Assembly (NCBI GenBank): GCA_039794085.1
Contig: JBDIWC010000075.1
Location: 1 to 14,683 of the forward strand
Direction: 5' to 3'
Length of the DNA stretch: 14,683 nt
Source: Gemmatimonadales bacterium
Lineage (GTDB): Bacteria > Gemmatimonadota > Gemmatimonadetes > Gemmatimonadales > GWC2-71-9
The notes under the pieces were generated by a model. That model had not been told where the DNA came from, ran no database searches, and saw nothing but the letters and a program-made list of their open reading frames with translations. The translations under genes were made by a program, and so were the position numbers. Each line of letters opens with the position of its first letter. Within the stretch, counting starts at the first letter, position 1. Positions 14,449 through 14,683 of this stretch are shown here, piece after piece.

Positions 14449-14683
14449 TAGGGAATAGTCCCTTACGGACAGGATTGAACGCAAAACGGCAACAATATTT
14501 TGGGCGACGCCCGACCCCCCCGTCAGACCCGTCGATCGCCCCGGCCCCGCCGTGCGAGGGGGATGGCCACAAAAAGCACAGAAGTCACAAGAGGCACAAC
14601 CTCGGGGCGCACGGGGCCCCCCCAGGGGCGAGAGAGGTTTCTGTGCCTTTTGTGCTTCTTGTGGTTGGCTCTGGGGGCGGGGA
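14449..14683 (+). repeat. About 330-bp modular repeat unit, copy 2 (truncated by window end)
   Basis: Same head (14456-14506) and 9-mer-arm hairpin (14565-14666). Scattered substitutions and a ~10-bp indel in the linker relative to copy 1. Confidence 0.92.

Noticed and set aside
14107..14484. ORFs within the 330-bp repeat (e.g. FCAFCASCG, KKHKRHR)
   Set aside because: These are translations of the 9-mer arms, and indels between the two copies do not preserve frame.
14119..14683. CRISPR array or integron attC cassette array
   Set aside because: The sequence between the repeated heads is itself homologous between copies rather than unique spacers, the period is 330 bp, there are no cas or intI genes, and I found no convincing RYYYAAC...GTTRRRY pairing or cassette ORFs.
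1..14683. Autonomous IS, prophage, tRNA/rRNA or riboswitch
   Set aside because: No transposase, integrase or phage gene, and no recognisable structured-RNA consensus by eye. An Infernal/Rfam scan would be needed to exclude small RNAs.

Overview
GC-rich bacterial window. The gene content (DUF5916, DUF4097, Tat-exported M20 hydrolase) suggests Gemmatimonadota, but this is inference only. I support 15 CDSs: an orphan c-type-heme/EB_dh-like lipoprotein, a class I O-methyltransferase, a Tat-signal M20 amidohydrolase, an iodotyrosine-deiodinase-like nitroreductase, two back-to-back divergent vapBC-type toxin-antitoxin pairs, a DUF4097 protein, a CBM9/DUF5916 outer-membrane protein, a DUF4142-cupredoxin-UDG-like operon divergent from a cupin_6 AraC regulator, and a secreted acetamidase/formamidase. 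The most unusual signal is non-coding. Most intergenic gaps hold a layered set of small repeats: 7-mer tandem arrays that begin at gene 3' ends and sometimes supply the stop codon, GTAG- and CGTC-tagged REP hairpins (two with the same 23-bp hairpin nested in the loop), and 9-mer periodic repeats. A modular ~330-bp unit is repeated in tandem at the right end, and its 51-bp head recurs inverted at the left end. No transposase, integrase, RNA gene or CRISPR array was seen. Many start codons were moved from the ORF track to better-supported downstream starts. All family assignments come from motif recognition, not database searches.
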